Origin: Candidatus Nanoarchaeia archaeon
GTDB taxonomy: Archaea > Nanobdellota > Nanobdellia > SCGC-AAA011-G17 > JAGVZF01
Assembly (NCBI GenBank): GCA_035288965.1
Contig: DATDYQ010000048.1
Location: 1-47,666, forward strand
DNA length: 47,666 nt
Direction: 5' to 3'
In this document: one piece after another, positions 44,300 to 47,666 of the stretch
How positions within the stretch are numbered: position 1 is the stretch's first letter
Layout of the letters: every line of letters begins with the position of its first letter
Made by a program: the position numbers and the translations under genes
The notes under the pieces: generated by a model
Told to the model about the DNA's origin: nothing
Seen by the model: the letters and a program-made list of their open reading frames with translations, nothing else
Database searches by the model: none

Positions 44300-45019
44300 T
44301 TATTTAGCAATTTTCCATAATAAATTAAATTGTTTTTTATATGTTTCTGCAACTTCTTTATTCTCTATAATTATCAAATAATAAGGCATTGATAAGATAA
44401 ATATTGCAACTTTATTTTTATATATTATTTGAGCTGTTTTTCCTATATAATCTTCTGATAATTGTCTATATTTTAGATTATGATACTTTAACTTTTTACT
44501 TCCTTGTTTAATGATTATTTTTTCTTTTATATGTTTAGTTTGTATAAGGTTAAGATATTGTTTTAGATAGATTGGCTCTACTTCATTTAATAAAGTATTT
44601 TCATCTATTCCGATAAGGTATGCTTCATCGTTTTCTTTTAAAGAAGATATTATATCTTTTATTAAGGTTCTATATACTTTTTGGCCTTTATGAAGTTCTA
44701 CTTTTGTTTCTTCTTTTGTTATTTCCATAATTTTTTTTAAATCCGGGATAATTTTTTGTAAATTTTCTAGCTTTAGTTTAAGAAGTTCTATTAAATTTTC
44801 TGGAGATGTTGCTTGAAAATATTTTTTGTTGTTTTTTAAAATTGAATTGATAAGTTCTTTTTCTTGCATTCTCTCTAAAGCATCATAAATATAACCTCGA
44901 TGTAAGCCTAGTTTTTGTGAAATTTCAGAAGGATTTTGCATTCCCTGTTTTAGTAAAATAAGATAGATTCTAACTTCATTGTCTGTTAGTCCGAGTTCTT
45001 TTAATTGAGATTCGTACAT
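44300..45019 (-). CDS. TrmB-family transcriptional regulator
   Basis: The N-terminus LKELGLTDNEVRIYLILLKQGMQNPSEISQKLGLHRGYIYDALERMQEKELI is a TrmB-type wHTH. Confidence 0.75.
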   Translation of the reverse strand: MYESQLKELGLTDNEVRIYLILLKQGMQNPSEISQKLGLHRGYIYDALERMQEKELINSILKNNKKYFQATSPENLIELLKLKLENLQKIIPDLKKIMEITKEETKVELHKGQKVYRTLIKDIISSLKENDEAYLIGIDENTLLNEVEPIYLKQYLNLIQTKHIKEKIIIKQGSKKLKYHNLKYRQLSEDYIGKTAQIIYKNKVAIFILSMPYYLIIIENKEVAETYKKQFNLLWKIAK

Positions 45020-45133
45020 GCTATTTTATTATGTTTTCTAGTTAATAAATGTTTCGTATTTTAAAGTGCGACAAAAATTTAAATATTCATCTAATATATT
45101 ATAAAGTAATAAATAATAAGGAGAAAAACGAAA

Positions 45134-45487
45134 ATGAACAAAATACAAAAAATAGAAACATTGTGTGCATTGGTTGCATCTCTTAATGGATGTGGTATAA
45201 AACAACCTGAACAAAAAGTAAACTGGAGCAACTTTATGGCAGAAATAGCGAGTAATCAACCTGTAAGAGTTTATGCTCAAAGAGATGGTTCAAGACAATA
45301 TGTTACAGAAATACCTGAAATTGATGGAACATTGGTTGTAATAGATAGAGATAATGATGGTAATCCTGAAATGGAGTACTGTACAAAGAGAGATGGTACT
45401 GGATGGATTAGTCATTATTCGCCTCAAAAATCTAAGAACGATCATCCAAAAAGAGTATCAACTAAATTTTATAACAACAATAAATAA
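45134..45487 (+). CDS. putative small lipoprotein
   Basis: It has a lipobox-like LVASLNGC. No family assignment. Confidence 0.45.
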   Translation: MNKIQKIETLCALVASLNGCGIKQPEQKVNWSNFMAEIASNQPVRVYAQRDGSRQYVTEIPEIDGTLVVIDRDNDGNPEMEYCTKRDGTGWISHYSPQKSKNDHPKRVSTKFYNNNK

Positions 45488-45491
45488 TTTT

Positions 45492-45917
45492 TTATTTTTC
45501 AGCTTCTTTTTTTAAAGATTCAAGAAATGTTTTATTTGTTTTTTTAATAGATGATTCAGGCAATAATATTTTTGCAATAAATGTTCCCATGCCTAAAATC
45601 TCTTCTATTATTGTAACTGTTGTTTGCTTGTTATTATCAAGAATAAATGTTAATCTCCTATGAAATCCAGAACAATCTCCTGTCCATGCCACAATATAAG
45701 GAGAATTTGATTCAATGATCAATGGATTATATTTGAAAGTTTTAATTCCTGATTTGATTTTTATTTCTAGTTTATTATTAATTAATAAATCATCTCCAAC
45801 AGTATATTTAGAATTCTTTATTACAGGATTCCAGGATTTCCAGTTATTAACATCTTTAATAATATTCCAAACTTTTTCTATTGGTGCATTTATTACTATT
45901 GATTGTTCTACTGCCAT
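45492..45917 (-). CDS. SRPBCC (START/polyketide cyclase-like) domain protein
   Basis: The N-terminus SIVINAPIEKVWNIIKDVNNWKSWNP is characteristic of SRPBCC proteins. Confidence 0.65.
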   Translation of the reverse strand: MAVEQSIVINAPIEKVWNIIKDVNNWKSWNPVIKNSKYTVGDDLLINNKLEIKIKSGIKTFKYNPLIIESNSPYIVAWTGDCSGFHRRLTFILDNNKQTTVTIIEEILGMGTFIAKILLPESSIKKTNKTFLESLKKEAEK

Positions 45918-46011
45918 TTGATATAAAATTTACTTAATAAAATAATATAAAAATGTTTTGATTTATAGTGATTTGTTAGTATTTATAAAGTTTTATATCT
46001 TAATAATCTCC

Positions 46012-47184
46012 ATGAAATTGGTGACAAATATATATGATTTATGTGATAATAAAACAGTAAAAGTTGTATTAAATAATAAGTTAAGAAATTTAATATTAAA
46101 TAAAATAGACAATAAAAAACTAAATCAAATTGCTAAAGAATTAAATATAACATATTCTACATTATGGAAATATATTAATAAAAGGTATTCTGTACCTCTT
46201 GAATTATTTAAGATTTTAAATATAAATTTGCCCAAGAGTATTATTCTTGAAAGTGGTTCAAAAAGAAATAAAGTTAAATTACCCCCTTTATTAACAGAAG
46301 ATTTAGCTAAAATTATAGGTGCTTATGTAGCTGATGGTCATTTAAGAAGAAGAATTACAGTATGGAACGAAAATAAAAATGCTACCCATTATGAATTTGT
46401 TTTAAGAGAAGAATATAAAACAAATGTTGATTCTTTCTGTAGATGGTTTAATAATAGCTTTGGAACAAAAATAGTTCCTATAAAAAGGAAAAATCATTAT
46501 GAAGTTTATGTAAGTAATAAGATCATTTTCTTATATTTAACCAGAATATTAAGATTATTAACTGGAAAAAAGGTAAATATTATAGATATTCCAGAATATA
46601 TCAAAGATTCTAGTAAAAATATTCAAATTTCTTTTTTGAAAGGCCTTTTTATGTTTGATGGTGGTGTTGATTATAGAAATGGTTATGTAACGTTGATATC
46701 AAAAAGTGAAAGGTTGATAAATAGTGTTCATCAAATTCTAAATAATCTTGGTATGAGTTCACATTATTGTTCTAGAAAACAAGATAAATTTGGGAGATAT
46801 AGAATATTGATTAGAGATCGGGAAAGTTTGAAAAAATCTTTAATTTTATTTGAAAAAAATACTGAGAAATGGCATAGACTTCATGAAAATTTATATGGAT
46901 TTAAATATAATAAAATTCAAAAACTAGACACCTTTTTATATAAATTAAATAAATATTATCCAAAAAAGAGAAAATCTTCTATAAACTTCAACGACGTAAT
47001 TTTGGTAGTAAATGGATTAGATGAGGCAAATTTTAAAGATATTTCTTTAAAATTATCAAGAAAAAAGACAGTTGTATATGAATTTCTTAATAAATTAAAA
47101 AGATGGAAAATTTTAAAAAATAAACAGAAAGGTTTAAATAAGGTTTGGATGATTCAAAATAATCTACCAATTATAAGGAGGTAA
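46012..47184 (+). CDS. free-standing double-motif LAGLIDADG endonuclease-like protein with N-terminal HTH
   Basis: Two LAGLIDADG motifs: LAKIIGAYVADGHL and ISFLKGLFMFDGGV. The HTH is LNQIAKELNITYSTLWKYI. The ORF-track start at 45958 is a TTG, and ATG 46012 lies ~25 nt after a TATA-like tttataaag. Confidence 0.75.
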   Translation: MKLVTNIYDLCDNKTVKVVLNNKLRNLILNKIDNKKLNQIAKELNITYSTLWKYINKRYSVPLELFKILNINLPKSIILESGSKRNKVKLPPLLTEDLAKIIGAYVADGHLRRRITVWNENKNATHYEFVLREEYKTNVDSFCRWFNNSFGTKIVPIKRKNHYEVYVSNKIIFLYLTRILRLLTGKKVNIIDIPEYIKDSSKNIQISFLKGLFMFDGGVDYRNGYVTLISKSERLINSVHQILNNLGMSSHYCSRKQDKFGRYRILIRDRESLKKSLILFEKNTEKWHRLHENLYGFKYNKIQKLDTFLYKLNKYYPKKRKSSINFNDVILVVNGLDEANFKDISLKLSRKKTVVYEFLNKLKRWKILKNKQKGLNKVWMIQNNLPIIRR

Positions 47185-47189
47185 CCTAT

Positions 47190-47666
47190 TTGGCGGACAT
47201 ATTAACAGACAAAGTTAGGATATTACAAAAACAACCAGAACATATAAGGAACATCGCTATTTGTGCCCATATCGATATCCTTTAAGATACAACTTCTTAA
47301 GGACGAATGCATGGAAAAACAACATTTAGCGATAGTCTTTTAGCAGGAGCAGGGATGATAAGCGAAGAGTTAGCTGGAAAACAACTAGCTTTAGATTTTC
47401 ATGAAGATGAGATTGCAAGAGGAATAACAATAGATGCTGCTAATGTTTCTATGGTGCATAATGTAGAAGGACAAGATTTTTTAATAAACTTAATTGATAC
47501 TCCAGGACATGTTGATTTTGGAGGTGATGTAACAAGAGCAATGAGAGCTGTTGATGGAGCTATTGTTTTAGTTGATGCTGTTGAAGGAATGATGCCACAA
47601 ACAGAAACTGTTTTACGTCAAGCTTTAAGAGAAAGAGTTAAGCCGGTTTTATTTATTAATAAAGTT
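47190..47666 (+). CDS. fusA: elongation factor 2 (aEF-2), 5' part, interrupted by a 33-nt stop-containing insertion in the P-loop codons; runs off the window
   Basis: A TTG start follows AGGAGGT by 7 nt. The translation is [28 protein letters not shown], then a 33-nt insert with two TAA stops, then [41 protein letters not shown]...DTPGHVDF... Confidence 0.85.
47277..47309 (+). other. candidate BHB-type mRNA intron inside fusA
   Basis: Removing exactly these 33 nt restores AHIDHGKTT. Flanking and internal pairings give an outer helix, a 3-nt bulge, a central helix, a 3-nt bulge and an inner helix (details in findings). Confidence 0.65.

Noticed and set aside
45038-45280. 80-aa minus-strand ORF between TrmB and the small lipoprotein gene.
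   Set aside because: It overlaps the divergent promoter region and the plus-strand lipoprotein ORF. Its composition is biased and I see no motif.
47277-47309. Intein or plain pseudogene as the explanation for the EF-2 interruption.
   Set aside because: At 33 nt with two in-frame stops it cannot encode an intein. The rest of the visible EF-2 reading frame is intact and highly conserved and has a good SD and start. A decaying pseudogene is therefore less likely than RNA-level removal, though it cannot be excluded without the rest of the genome.
47271-47312. T4 gene-60-style translational bypass (take-off/landing codons around a hairpin with a stop).
   Set aside because: I see no matching take-off and landing codon pair flanking the gap (GAU before, AUG/CAU after). 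The BHB geometry explains the exact boundaries better. It remains the fallback if no splicing is detected.
1-47666. CRISPR arrays, rRNA genes, integrases, transposases and IS elements.
   Set aside because: I saw no regularly spaced short direct repeats, no rRNA-like sequence and no recombinase or transposase motifs in any frame. The only mobile-element-like signatures are the 83-bp repeat around the HEPN-MNT cassette and the LAGLIDADG gene.

Overview
Very AT-rich archaeal sequence that looks DPANN-like. Supporting signs: split rpoB and rpoA, archaeal S12/S7/EF-2, BRE/TATA promoters placed for leaderless mRNAs, and BHB-type introns. The backbone is housekeeping. It includes RNase J, an Mre11-DHH-Rad50 operon, MutS-like, AKR and guaA genes, four tRNAs (Pro, Tyr, Asp, Lys), and the conserved rpoH-rpoB''-rpoB'-rpoA'-rpoA''-L30e-NusA / S12-S7-EF-2 superoperon. 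That superoperon is punctured by several insertions. There are three toxin-antitoxin pairs: AbrB-PIN, AbrB-RelE and HEPN-MNT. The HEPN-MNT pair is bracketed by a perfect 83-bp direct repeat of the nusA 3' end. The main candidate for a new system is a tightly coupled seven-gene operon at 20378-26858. It encodes an AAA+ unfoldase that looks Mpa/ARC-like, with a coiled coil, two OB domains and no HbYX tail. It also encodes a beta-grasp Ubl ending GG-YRF, a JAMM/MPN+ protease, and a single-chain E1 with a degenerate plus an active ThiF domain. The remaining three genes are paralogues of a family I cannot place, each with an invariant H-x7-C dyad. No canonical E2 or proteasome gene is visible. A membrane transglutaminase-like protein lies immediately upstream. 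Second highlight: the EF-2 gene at the window end has a 33-nt stop-containing insertion exactly inside its P-loop codons (AHID|HGKTT). The insertion folds into a near-canonical bulge-helix-bulge motif, so I read it as a candidate archaeal mRNA intron. A free-standing LAGLIDADG gene sits directly upstream. tRNA-Tyr carries two introns, one at the canonical position and one in the T-arm. No rRNA, CRISPR array, integrase or transposase was seen.
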